Below are positions 22,566 to 34,993 of a stretch of DNA of 64,000 nt, piece after piece. The notes beneath the pieces were generated by a model. The model ran no database searches and was not told where the DNA came from. It saw only the letters and a list, made by a program, of their open reading frames with translations. The DNA is from Yuukianura sp. NJ FZ-2021. Its lineage: Eukaryota. How positions within the stretch are numbered: the stretch's first letter is position 1; the number at the start of each line of letters is the position of its first letter. The position numbers were made by a program, and so were the translations under genes. The DNA is taken from NCBI GenBank assembly GCA_046563655.1, contig CM102290.1, positions 7,068,001-7,132,000 on the forward strand, written 5' to 3'.

Positions 22566-25500
22566 TCACGAAATTTCTTCTTCTCCAGCACAGCCGCAGG
22601 ACTCCACCACCATGTTTGGCAAGTCCTTCCTTTCACTTGTGTTGTTTGTAAGGCTCACCATGATTGTAACTAAGAGTCAAAATTAATTGTTGCAATGGTT
22701 GGTTAAGGTTAGTTTACGTCAGTCATTTAAAGTAGTACAACTATTCTCTTACTTCCAGACATTTTCTTTGGAGTACAACAGGGAATTAGTGCCTGGGCTT
22801 CGGCCGTTGTGGCTGTTCTATTTTGAACATTAATTTGTGCCTGGAATTTCATGCTTAACCTTAGCTTCATTCTATAAATTTGCAAGTATTATGTCAATTG
22901 TGAGGACTTTTAGTGTTTTAGTACCTGCATGGCTGAGGTATGATGATGTGCCGAGCGCATGCCCCCACATCGACCACGGCAGTAGTACGCATCGAACTCC
23001 TCGGGATGCAATATCCAACCCCAACCAATTTCAGTAAACGACACTCGGAACGACTCGCGGCAGCATTCAACAGGACCACTACTGCTGTGGCAGTCTATGT
23101 TTCGACGTCGGCGACTTTTCTACAAATATCACAACATGGGAATGAGAAGGGTAGAGAGCTACTTTATGAAATGGACCTTATTGGTCGGCCGGTCTGTCCG
23201 TCACTCGCCGACATTAATCTCGCTCTGAGCTCAGCATTTCCGGAATCTGTTTTTACATTTGATGACCCCAGGTTGTTCACCTTTGAGTAACATCCCGTGG
23301 GTTAACTCCTTCCGGGTCAACTGTTTGATTAACGGTACCGTAGAAGATAACCTCTACAAAAGTTGTTCGCGGCATCATGACACCAACAACTCTTGTGTTA
23401 TCTAATGTGACCCGAGGTTACCTCTTCGAGAGTCATAGATCAGCTTTCTTCTCAACCGCAGTGCACTACGCTTGCCCACGGTGAAAGTTCAACGTATCTT
23501 TCGCGACTTATTTACATTCCTTATTACAATTGGTTTAGTAAAAGGTTTATTGGTTGTTTAGTACCTGCATTCTCTCTGCCATGTTGATGACTAGAAATGG
23601 CCGGTGCTGTGGATTCGAAATGTCAATAGGTGACGTAGATCCTATGGAAACTTTAGTACAGTTTCGACATCCGATTTGGAGTGTAAGCGGTGGATAGTCT
23701 CGGTCAGTTCGAAAGTGCAGCGTTTTGTTCATCCAGACTCCAACTGTAGTTGAAACATTCATGGCTTCCCAACCATCTACAACAAAACGTGTGTTATACT
23801 CCAAAGGTTAACAGGTCAAACTATGACTAATGTAGTATGTTGACCTTACCTGTACTATTGGGCGAGTGTCTCGGATCCAAACTCGTTAACTTTGGACCGT
23901 GGTATGCCTCATTTGTGGAAACTTGTGCGATTGTAAAAACTCGGTCGATGCTTGGATCTTCTTCGAATGCATACACCCAAAGTTCAGCACTAGTCGCCTG
24001 AGATTCGAAAAAACTTTTTTTATTTACTAAAATTCTCATACAAATTGTAATTTTACGAATTTACAAAGGGAAAATCATATACCCTTAAATCTGCTTTTTC
24101 CTTGGCCACTTCCTGGGGTAACACGAAAGAGAGACAGGCCGACGGTATGCTACGCCGCAATTGACATACGGAGTTTCCAGCTACAAGTTCATAATTTTTT
24201 AAAATTCGTAAAATTATGGTCTAACAAAGCAGTAACACTAAAGTAGACTAATTAAACTTCATTAAACTAATTAAATCAGCAAAAACTGATAGCTTGTTGA
24301 CCTCTTTTTTCCATTGCAACTGACATTGACCTTGTCGAACTACGTCATACCTCGGCGCATCTTGACAAACTTTGGTACTTTTAAGTGAAATGACATTTTG
24401 CAGTGTGCATTATCTTTTGCAACATTTTGGCTGTGTGAAATTAAGACTTTTGAAACATTGTCAGAGACATATTGTACTCTGCAAAAGTTTGAAACTTAAA
24501 GAAACATTTGACCTTTTCCATAGCATGGATAACAGTCTGAGTCTTCCTGTCCCACGATTTAAGTTTGCAAAAGCGCAAATTCACTTTTTCTTCTAATGCT
24601 GATCATGACTAATCCAATCAGTTTCCGCTTTCTAACTAAAAGTTCAAAGAGGCGCCAATAAGGCGGTACGCGAAACGCGAAACGATTGGTTGTAAACCGT
24701 AGGTCGCAGGTACCTCTCGTTCTTAAAACTTTAAGCGGTTGAACTATTGCTAACAGACATTTAGTATTCGGGAAGTTGACACGCGGCAGGAGTGAGTTCA
24801 GTGGTTGTAATTTGCAACTTTGTATGAAGCTTGCACTTATTTTAGTTAAACGAAACGACAAATTTTGCAAAGTTGTGCAAAATGAAGAAAAAGACTTGTA
24901 AAGGCTGCTGTTAGCAGAATACCGAGTCCTTCCTGGTCTCTTGTCCAACGTCATCAAAAATGTAGAGTGAATTGTTAATTGTGCCACCGACTGATGTGAA
25001 TTGTATATAGCTTAACAATCATAATCAATTTATACCAAAATAAGTTTCACGAATATGCGAGTTGCATGTCGGTGGTGACAGCTAGTCAAAGGTATCTAAT
25101 AAGTCAATGGATTATGATGATGCGGGAGAAAACTTGAAAAAAAAATTTAATCATCATTTAAAAAAAAAACATTTTCAAAAAAAAAAAATAGAGTAAAAGG
25201 CACTTTTCAAACTTTATGTTTTAGAATAAAAGTTTTAAAATGAATGTTCCCGCAATGCATGCCTTGTTTTCATTGTTTACGAATTCAAAATCCATTTTTT
25301 TTCTTCGAATTTTCGAGACCCTGTTGCACAGACATTGCTGAATGTTCATGAATTGTGCAAAGCATGAATTGTGCAGTTTCAAAATGACCGTGATGCGTGT
25401 TTTGATTGATGAAAATCAAAAACATTGGAAAAACTGGATGCACTGACTGCAGTTTCGGCAAATGACAAGTTGCTGTTGACACAGAACAGCAATTGGCTCA

Positions 25501-26654
25501 AATTTCAAGTTCATCTGTTCCCTTGAACCCAGAAAAATCTGGGATGCTATAATGATAATTGATGCATCGTAGACAATGTCACTTAACAAAAGTGCATCTC
25601 CATGCAATTTCTTTTCAAATGTAAATAAAATAAAGTTCTGGTTTGTGGTTAATGAGTTAAACCAATGTTTCCCAATGTTCATGAATGCTTCTAGCTTGAC
25701 TGATGAAAGTATAATTGACCCCTAACGGATAAATGTTCTCTGTGTCATTAGTCTTCCTAATCTCGAAGGTCATTCCCATGGTTAAGTGGGAATTAACTCA
25801 TCAGTGTTAGTATTAATGGACAATTAAACGACACTTGCAAACGAAGTGTCAAAGTGAACAGGCAGAGTTGAAGTTCAGAGAAAGGAATAAAAAAAAGTTG
25901 GAGAAAGTAGAGAAAATTTCAACCAAAAAAAATCACTAGAAATTCAAAAATGCCTTTCTCCTGGTCACCAATTGAATGCAGAAACGTTTGAAAGAATTCT
26001 TTTGAAAAAAAAAATTAAAAAGAAAAATTATTTACCTCCGTTTCCTTCTTCGGCAAAAACAATGACTTGCTCTGTCTTGCCATAGTAGTCGTCAACATCA
26101 TTGAATGAAGTATGCGTAGACTGTCGATTGTTATGATAAGTGGCAGCTAGGAATGTGTCCGGAAGTGGCTTTGGTTCAGACACTTTCGGCGGTTCTTTGA
26201 GTCTTAACTTTTTCATAATCTTCTCTTTGATTTTTGTGAGTCTTAAGTTTCTGAGGGCCTCGGGTGAAAGTTCTTCCTGATCCGAATGACGGATTCTCTG
26301 GAGTCGACGACATCCTGGACAATCTTGGACAGGGTCTCTGACAATGGCGTTTGGATGATGTCGCCTAGGTTGAACAGACCCAGTAGTTACTTCCGTTTGT
26401 CTGCGGGCATGACTTTCATGGTCAATTTCTTCCGCAGTGGCACCAAGTTCACTACTGGTACTGCTAGTTAGCGTTTCCTCCGACGCCGCTTCACTCTCTC
26501 TTCGGACATTCCTATTGGACAACTCCGGGCGTGGAATGTGGAAACGAAAGTTTTGACGCAGTTGGACGTTACTGACATTCCCTAATGTTTGCGAAGGTTG
26601 ACTTAAGACAAATAGTAGTAAAATTAAGTGTGTGCTAAGGAAGTTTCTTAACAT
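22566..26654 (-). CDS. daw: Activin-subfamily TGF-beta ligand, dawdle/Alp-like prepropeptide (about 7 exons)
   Basis: Signal peptide MLRNFLSTHLILLLFVLS (ATG 26654). Prodomain motifs CPGC, LRLTKIKEKIMKKLRLKEPP, YYGKTEQVIVFAE, SAELWVY, GWEAMNVSTTVGVW and HRPFLVI. Furin site KSRRRR. Hand-spliced mature domain NIDCHSSSGPVECCRESFRVSFTEIGWGWILHPEEFDAYYCRGRC...HHTSAMQ...LIPCCTPKKMS...LPNMVVESCGC has nine cysteines and is closest to Dawdle as recalled. Stop TGA at 22568-22566. Confidence 0.9.
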
Positions 26655-29600
26655 GGCGTCTACTTTAGTGACGTCTGGAAACCAAAAGTATTTTTGGACT
26701 ACGCGGAATGGAGGTTGAAGCGTCAATGATTGAATCCCAAGATTGTTAGCGCCTATTTCTGTAATATCACCAGACTAAGTGGGCTTCCTGTGTTAGTTTT
26801 TAAGGATTTCTGCACTTGTCATTAGCCAATATTCCAATACGTGACAATGTAGATCCATCCCTGCACAAATTGTCCCGATGCACTCGAGGGTGGAGTCGTA
26901 CAACTCCGCCCCTTAGCTGTCACTTCAAAATTTACAAACTGCAAACACTTATTCTTCAAAAAAGTTGAGGAACTCATCTTCCAGAATCCAAATTTTTTAT
27001 AATAAGCAATTCCTACTGGACGATTGTTCTGGAAGAGTTTAGGTTAGCCAGCTCCACCGCTTTGAGCTTATTCTTATGTCCTCGTTTTTGCCTCAACTGA
27101 CTTTTCATTTGAACTGGCTCTCGCCTTATGTACGCTTGACCTCTGACCTTTGCAACTGCAAGAACAAGAAAATGAGCCTTGTAATAAAAGTCTGAGGCTG
27201 TGGCTAATCTCGGCGGTTGCAATTTTGACGACTCAACTTAACTATCCAACACGTTTGTCGCTTAATCTCGGACGATGGATGTTGAAGATTGGTATTATGG
27301 GAATTGCATTTTAAAAGTCATTCATATTACATCATTTACTTATAACTGTTGTGAAATGTTTTAAAATGTGAATTTAAGCATTGTTTTTACCGTTACAGTA
27401 TAAAGATCGGATGCCTCAAAATAATAGACTTTCACTCACTTTCATTTCTTAAAAGAAAAAGAACAATCCTTTTTTCTGGAAACTGTTACGCTAGTTAAAG
27501 ACCAATTGTATGACTTATTATTGCTTTATAAGTGGCGAAAGTAATTCGCTACTTTATGTTTCTCTCCGAGTCTGTATGTCCGTCTGCTTACAGGAAACTA
27601 TAATTCTGGAACCATTAGAGCGGTTTTCTATCTGTTTTGACAGATGAACCTCACATAATAGTGTGGGTGTGATTAATCCGTTTCCGGATTGACAAGAAAT
27701 TGACAACTGCCGGGTTTTGCGCTCCAATTTTACTTCGCTACTTATATATGGCATATTTACGACGGTTTATTTAAACTAAAATTTTGTATTGAATTAAGTT
27801 AGGTGGTTAATAAACGAGTTTTTAATTAAACAAATTTGGAATCAATGATATTATCACAATTTCTTAAGTTGATTAAGCACCGCCTAAAAAGCATTAAAAG
27901 AAGCAAAAGTTATTTGAGAGGTGAGTTCGTGCGTCAATGATTCCTTAAAGTGTTGATTACTTAGAAATTGCGTGCTTTTAAAAAGTTAACTACTCACTTC
28001 GCAGAATAAAATTAATCAATGAACAAGCATCCGCAGATTTTAATCAAAGTCAATATCATTTTCAAGCTTTCCTGCTTTTTCCTTACACTATAGATCAGGC
28101 GTTTGAATAAAAGATTTTTAAAATATTCCATGAACATGTATGAAATGTATTTTAAGTTAGAGGTTAACGATTAAAGTTTTTGAAGTTGTTAAAGATTCAA
28201 GACTCAAGTATTAGAATCAGTTATCGAGTTGTATGCTGATTACTATGAAGATGAATTGCTTTTCTCTGGAGAATCCAATGACCTCTGACCCTCTGCATTT
28301 GAATGACAAGCCTGGAAGAGTGGATTCCCACGACTATCTATATGGCCTTAACCGATTTAGGTAGACAACTTGACACCCACCACCATGTTTTCCATCTATC
28401 CATTGTATCTACTATTAGATTTTATTCAGTTTAACGTTAAGAGACAATGACTCCTCTGCTGAATCCAGTATTTCAGAAATTGGAGAAACAGAGGACCATT
28501 AATTTGTAGATCAGATTCACTACTCCGAATAAGATGGATGATACATCAAGGAATTCACAATTGCAGTTAATCAATTGGGAACATTCAGTTTCAATTTTCA
28601 TTGTAATTGTCAACTTAACAAGTCGTGTAGTCCATTCCTTTTTTTTCCTTATGCTATTAAATATTTCAGGTTTTATGGGGATCAATTCCTTTCCAGCGAA
28701 ATCTGATTACTTTATATCCGGACTGAGCTAAGGTACAACTAATTTAAAAACGATTAACATGTAAAAGGTACAATGCAGAGTATGCTCGCAGAAATGGCAA
28801 GTACTATTGAAGGTACCAATTAAAAAGAATTGTTGAAAAGGAAATTAAAACAACGGCATTAGTCAATTTAAAGAATTAATTGTTAATGGAATTGGTTGTT
28901 TTACAATTAAATGTGAGGCACACTTCGTACATGTTATTTTAATTACAGTAGACGAAACATAGACATTAAGTCTCTGGAATTCTAGTTAAGGCTAATGGAC
29001 ATCATTGACACTGGATTAATTAATGATGATAGGTCATTCCTTTCGTCGTGTGGTCATCAATTTTAAGCGTTCCCAGACTGAACAAGTCTGGTCACCCCAA
29101 TCGACATGTCTGACCTCAATTCAGTCCAACAAACTTCTAACAGAAAAAACGGCGAACAGTCAAGGTCAATTGGATTATATTGGTTCCAATATGCGCTAGA
29201 CTTAATCGACTTAAAAGTTTAATTTACAATTTTGAAATTAATTTATATTTTTCGAGGAAACGCATAGCATTTAGATTTCACTACATTACGATGTTTCGCT
29301 GCATTTCCTGGAAAATGTTCCCGTTAAATTAATTTAAAAAACCTTATACTTTTACAATTTTACGAAATTGTCACTACATGACTGCAACTTGCACTTTGGA
29401 AGGTTAACGTTGAACTTCAGGTCACGGAAGGTCACACGGGCGGACTTGTTCACTTGATAGGATACAGAAAATCGGAGTCGTAAACGAATTTTTTTTAGTT
29501 TACTGTACCCTTTTCCAATTCGAATAAAAGTGTCCAAATATGGAAACAATTCACGTTGATTCGCCTATTAATTCTCCATTTTAATAATATCATAATTAAT

Positions 29601-30060
29601 TATTGGCAAATATATTACAAATAATTGTCATAATTAAATATCATTTACTGTGCATACGCGTATCCCACTCCCACGGGATCCCGCCAATTGAAGTTCGTCG
29701 ACATATTTGGGCATCGTGTGTTGGTGTAATGGGACATGCTCTGTGCTAGTAAGGTGACTTTTACCCTTACATGGAAAATATTAGGAATACAAACAAAAGT
29801 ATTTCATCAAATTTTTGTGTTCATTGAAATACGATTAATTGGTTCTTCAGTGACCTTAATTAACTTCTGGGATTCCAGTTGCAAAGGTTGTAATACCGAG
29901 TTATGTGCGGAGAAAACGATTGATCGAGGAAGAAAACGGACCTTTAATCTTTCGTAAGGTCACCATTGTCATCCCATTCAGATCCACTTTCAATCATCTG
30001 CATCTGCAACCTTCCACTCTGTTACGTTTACGTATTTGGAGTACTATACCAGGAAAAATT

Positions 30061-33000
30061 ATGGATGAAGTAAAAGAAAGAGCAACAGTGGATCCCCCAG
30101 AAGCCATGGACAAGGAAAAGGTGTGTGCTTTTAGCTCGCAAGTTCCGAATACTGAGTGACCTCGACTTGAGGACTGAAAATGATATGTATTACTTAACTT
30201 TGAGTAATGGTTTGGGAGCCAGAAGATTAATTGAAATGACTTATTTGCATGGTCTAGCTGGATTCGAGCTCGGTCGGACGGAGCCTTACGAGTTCCTGTC
30301 TAGGACGTCCAGCATTGTACATATATTATTTATTGGTATTTTTTGTCATCAGGAAACAAAAATTGCAGAGCCTAGCAGCCCTGGAGACGAGTTTGAATTG
30401 ACTGCTGAGATGATGGTGAATGATTTCGACGATGAACGGACACTTGATGAAGAAGAAGCATTAGAGGAAGCCGAAGAACAGCAGTCCGAATTATCCAATT
30501 TAGAGAAGGTCAGTGCTTTCATTAATAACCAAACGCTATAACAGTGCCTGATTAGTTTAAGTTTTTACCACGTCTTTCTTGTATGGGGTTTAGGAAAAGG
30601 ATATGCCAATTGAAGATTTGTTAGCTATGTACGGATATACCGAAATTGAAGAACCTTCAAATCCATCTCCATCACCTCCTCCTGTTCCCGTACCTAAGGA
30701 GCCTGACACAATCACTGCAGAACAAGTAAGTTTGCTAATTGCTATACTTTAAGTCAAATGAATATTACTTGATGCTTGTGTGTACACTGACGGACTTTCT
30801 AGTTCGTAAGAACTGCAAACTCCAACCCTACAATTAGAGATGCCCCGAATAATTATTCGGCTAATGTTGGGAATTTTGAATATCCGGCATATTTGGCCTC
30901 CGGGAAATTTGGCCGAATTATTTGGGCAGATATTAGGCCGAGTAATTTGACCTATTTACGTATGAAATTTCACCTTTCTACACAGTATATTATTCGGTCT
31001 AATATTCGACCTGATATCCCGCTTAGTCGAATATACTTTTCGAAATTATTCGGCTGTTCGGTCCCGGGCATTGAAATATTCGGGGCACCTCACCTACAAT
31101 GTGCCGCAGTTGGCATTCCTTTAATTGGAAGCAAATTTTCACTTAAGATGGGAAATGTGCTTTCAGATATATATGGTATGTTGTTTCATTTGTAAGGAAG
31201 TAATTCCATATAGTAGAGAATGCTAGTGATGTTGATACGATTTCCAAGTGAATTTCATTAGTGTGCTAATTATTCAATATTGAATATTTGATCTCAGCAT
31301 TCAGTACCAAGCGCGACTCGGAATGCACTAAACAACAATTCCGATGAAAATGCAGAAACCGTACTTGTAGTAGAGAAAGATGATGTCAGGGTCAAGGAAG
31401 AGGAAGATGTGATTCAAGCTCAAGATTTAGCAACTGGAGATAATGACAACGTGGTTACTGAATCAGAAGAAGACAAATGTGGAGTACCACCTCCGGATGT
31501 TAAGCCTGACGAAGTACCAATGGATATTGATCTCGAAGCGGTGAGTAAGGAAGAAGCAGAACCTATCGCGGACAGTACGCCAAGCTTTGAGAATCAAGAG
31601 GAGGAATTAGGAGATGATGAGGCCTTGAAAGAACCACCATCGATGCTCCACGAACTTTACAAAGACGATCCAATGACAGGGAACTCTGTAGTTGGCGCAC
31701 GTCACTTACGATGTAAGTATAACATAATGTCATATTGTCATTCATTACTGGCAAACTAAGGAGGCGTGCGGACGCTTCGTGAACGTTTTTAATTTATTTA
31801 CTATGTATTTGTTTAGCGGGTTCCAGGCAACAGAGTGAGGAGGATGAAGAGGAAGACGAGGATGTTGATTACAGCCCGAATCCAGATGGCGTTGAAGAAG
31901 ATTGGAAAAAAGTAAGTTTGTTGGAATACCGTCTACGAAGGCGACCTCAAATTGTCCCATTGCTGTGATTGGGTGGAGTAAGGCAGAGCCGGCGTGTGTT
32001 AAACGTCCATATCCCACCCAATAGCCTGGCTGGCGCTGTTGCCGGCTTGCTATATGAGAGGAGGCCATTCTCATCCCATATCCCATATGAGTAAATGTAT
32101 ATTTGGAAAAATAGAACTTACAGACTTAATCAGTATTGCGCTATTTACCAAACCTATTGCCGCGCCGAAGGCGCGGAAAAATAATCCTCCTCATATAGCA
32201 AGCCGGCAACAGCGCAGCCGGGCTATTGGATGGGATATGGACGCTGATAACACGCCGGCTCTGCCTTACTCCTGCCCTGTGATTGGTTAGTTTGATTAGC
32301 GCTACCTTCAAGTTTGTGGTTGTATGGCCGCAGAGGTATTGCTTGTAAATAGTCGATTTACTTATAGTTGAGCTCTCCAAAAATTTACGTTTCACGGTGT
32401 TTTGCCGAGAAAAAACTAACAGAGTTTTGAGGTCGTCTTCTACTTATTATTGGTTTTAAGCGAAAATAAATCCTTCATTCCTATAATGCGACAGACAATA
32501 ATGGTTGGTGCCGATTACCAAGCCGTAATTCCAGAAGAAGGATTTCAGAAGTACGATGATGCAATGCCATATGAAAATGAGGATAAGTTGCTATGGGATC
32601 CTCACAATCTCACAGATCAGCAGATCACCGACTTCATAGTAGCCACTGAGGCCGCACAGGCTGCACCGGAAGGAGTCCACCGAATTCCCAAAGGATCTCA
32701 CGTTCGAGATGACGAGCAAGTAATGCACATAAAATCATTGTCCCAGTCTTAATTACTATGAATACTAGTCATAAATAAGTTCTAAATAATAGATGTCTTT
32801 CAATCACAGGCTTTGTATTTATTTCTTCAATGTGGCCTAAATCCTGACGAGGCCATTCGGCGTCAAACAATGAACTCCATGCCATCCATGACCTCATCCA
32901 GCCTTTGGTCCGAAGAGGAGTGTAGAAACTTCGAATCAGGCCTTCGGCAGTATGGGAAGGATTTCCATACGATTCAACAAAATAGGGTACGATACGATAG

Positions 33001-33636
33001 GAGTTAGTTCGCCCCAAATACAATCACGCTTTACAAGAATTAAATCTAGCGATGGGTGTAATGTTGAATTTGTACAGGTACGGACGAGAACCGTAAGTGA
33101 ATTGGTGCAGTTCTATTATCTTTGGAAGAAAACCGAACGCCATGATCTGTTTGCCGTCAAAGCTAGACTGGAGAAGAAAAAGTACATCTTACATCCCGGA
33201 ACTACGTAAATACCTCCATGACTTCAAGCACTCGTATTCCGACTTCAACCATTTCTAATTAATATTTTTTACGTTTATACTTTTTAGGGACTTCATGGAG
33301 CGATTCCTCGACGAGCAAGACAGTCCAGCCACCTCACCAAATGTCCATTCCCTTCTCTCTGGAGATCCCAAGCGGTACAAAACGTCAGTCCCATCTCAAG
33401 CGATGAACAATAATTCCAGTCCACTGGACCAAATCAATTCCCGGGTAGCATCGACAAACCACTGTGCGGAGGGGGAACATATTCCGGAACAAGAGGATGA
33501 AGCGAAGTCTAGCGACGACAACCCAATAATTCCTTCAACCGTCACTTCTTCGACTAATAATAAGCCAGGTCCTGGAACAAGCGCTAATACTACGAATGAA
33601 GTCGACAGTGTTCCAGTCGCAAAAGCCAGCACTTAA
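30061..33636 (+). CDS. MIER1: Mesoderm induction early response protein (MIER; ELM2-SANT corepressor)
   Basis: Acidic N-terminus with [22 protein letters not shown] and [15 protein letters not shown]2 domain [16 protein letters not shown]...[11 protein letters not shown]...VRDDEQAL. SANT domain [50 protein letters not shown], then [15 protein letters not shown]. Confidence 0.95.
30835..31092. mobile_element. 258-bp hAT-type MITE in a MIER intron
   Basis: Left end TAGAGATGCCCCGAATA and right end TATTCGGGGCACCTCA form imperfect TIRs. Exact 8-bp direct repeat CCTACAAT at 30827-30834 and 31093-31100. Internal TATTCG/CGAAT repeats. Confidence 0.88.
31975..32272. repeat. Long inverted repeat / foldback element in a MIER intron
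   Basis: Arm 31975-32064 (GGAGTAAGGCAGAGCCGGCGTGT...TGTTGCCGGCTTGCTATATGAGAGGAGG) is nearly the reverse complement of 32186-32272. The spacer carries the hairpin CCGCGCC-GAA-GGCGCGG. Confidence 0.85.
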
Positions 33637-34596
33637 AAATCATAAAAATATAAGTAAGTACAATTAACAGTATAAGTATAAGTAAAGTTACGTTTTAGAA
33701 GTTAGAATTTAACTGGTTTTGTACTAATGTGGACGAGTGGACTATGTGCAAAAGCACAACCCAAAAGACAATTTCTTCAAGATGATCTTGAAGGACCAAA
33801 GAAAGGAATACCTTGCTTTACCAATAAACAAAGCATGGTAAATCAATCACAAAGAACAATAGATTATACTTCTAGCATTATTTTTCGCTGTGTTTTCTGG
33901 ATGTTTACGTCGCTGGATCGATCCGGAGGAACGGGATAACTCGAGTACTTTTCATCTGACAAAGTGTCAGACAACACACTGCAGGAACAGTAACTTCTAA
34001 AGGTAAACTTCAGTTGGTGCTTGAGTAAAAGGAGGACAATAGTAGTGTAATGTGTTATGTAACTGTGTTTCTTCTCTTACCAACTCAATAGTCAATATCA
34101 TTATGTTGTTAATTATTCTTGAGGTAGTTTAATTGCTACTAATAATAGGTATTATGTTTTTGAAGATCAAGAAGCGCTTACGAGATAGAGAGGCACATGT
34201 TGACACACTTGTTGTCTGACTTTTACATTACAGTCTCCTGCTGCTCTAGTTCAATGCACATGCATTTACTTATAGGTAGTTACATTCAATCCAGCAGATT
34301 CCAGGTTCCAGGAGAATCAGACCATAAGCACAGCAGCAGATGTCGGTCAAAAGTCCAGTCGGTTTGTGTTGTGTTCAGCAGTATTTTACAACATTCGGAT
34401 TAATAAGGAACGACTTTTGTAACACTCTTACCAGCATGTGATATAATATTACATGACACAGGTTATTGAACGGTAAGGAAAGCAGACATTCACATTAGAG
34501 TCTTTAAATTAAAGCTTAGTTACATCAAACAAACAGAAAGGGCCACTTCGTAGGTAAGTAATCGTAGTGCATAACCCATTGTGTTGACAATACCAT

Positions 34597-34682
34597 AAAA
34601 AACCACCTTGGTGTGCACTTACAACACGGTGTTGTCAACACCGTGTTGTAATAGTGCACTCCGATGCACTCCAAGGTTTTTT
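34597..34682. repeat. Palindromic foldback upstream of SLC41A paralog 1
   Basis: Perfect 16-bp arms TTACAACACGGTGTTG-T-CAACACCGTGTTGTAA (34619-34651), nested in imperfect outer arms AAAAAACCACCTTGGTGTGCA / TGCACTCCAAGGTTTTTT. Confidence 0.8.
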
Positions 34683-34993
34683 GAATGAAGGTTAAGTAAT
34701 TCAAAGAACCTTGAGTGCTGTCGTCATTATCATTGTCTGTCGTTTGGACGAGTAAGTCGGCATGTCGAATTTACTAATTATGTACACTAATCCTTGGTCC
34801 GCTCAACGATGCTTTTCAATTTCAGATTCCTTATTACAACGAGGGTAATCTCCGAACACTGCGGAGCTGAATACCTGTGCGAAAAGTTTGCAAGTGAACT
34901 ACTTAATTGTGTCCATAACTCAAGATTTGTTGGTTGTCCAGTCAAGTCAACTTGTTGCACAAATGCACTCCAGCCAGGGCCCTTGATCCAACT

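Noticed and set aside
22837..23290. Plus-strand ORFs of 66 and 116 aa
   Set aside because: Antisense shadows of the dawdle-like mature-domain exon and its neighbouring introns on the minus strand.
23281..23470. Apparent extra exons in the dawdle intron before the furin site
   Set aside because: The flanking exons already join in phase 0 (MQ|KSRRRR) into a canonical sequence, and I could not build a stop-free path through the extra segments.
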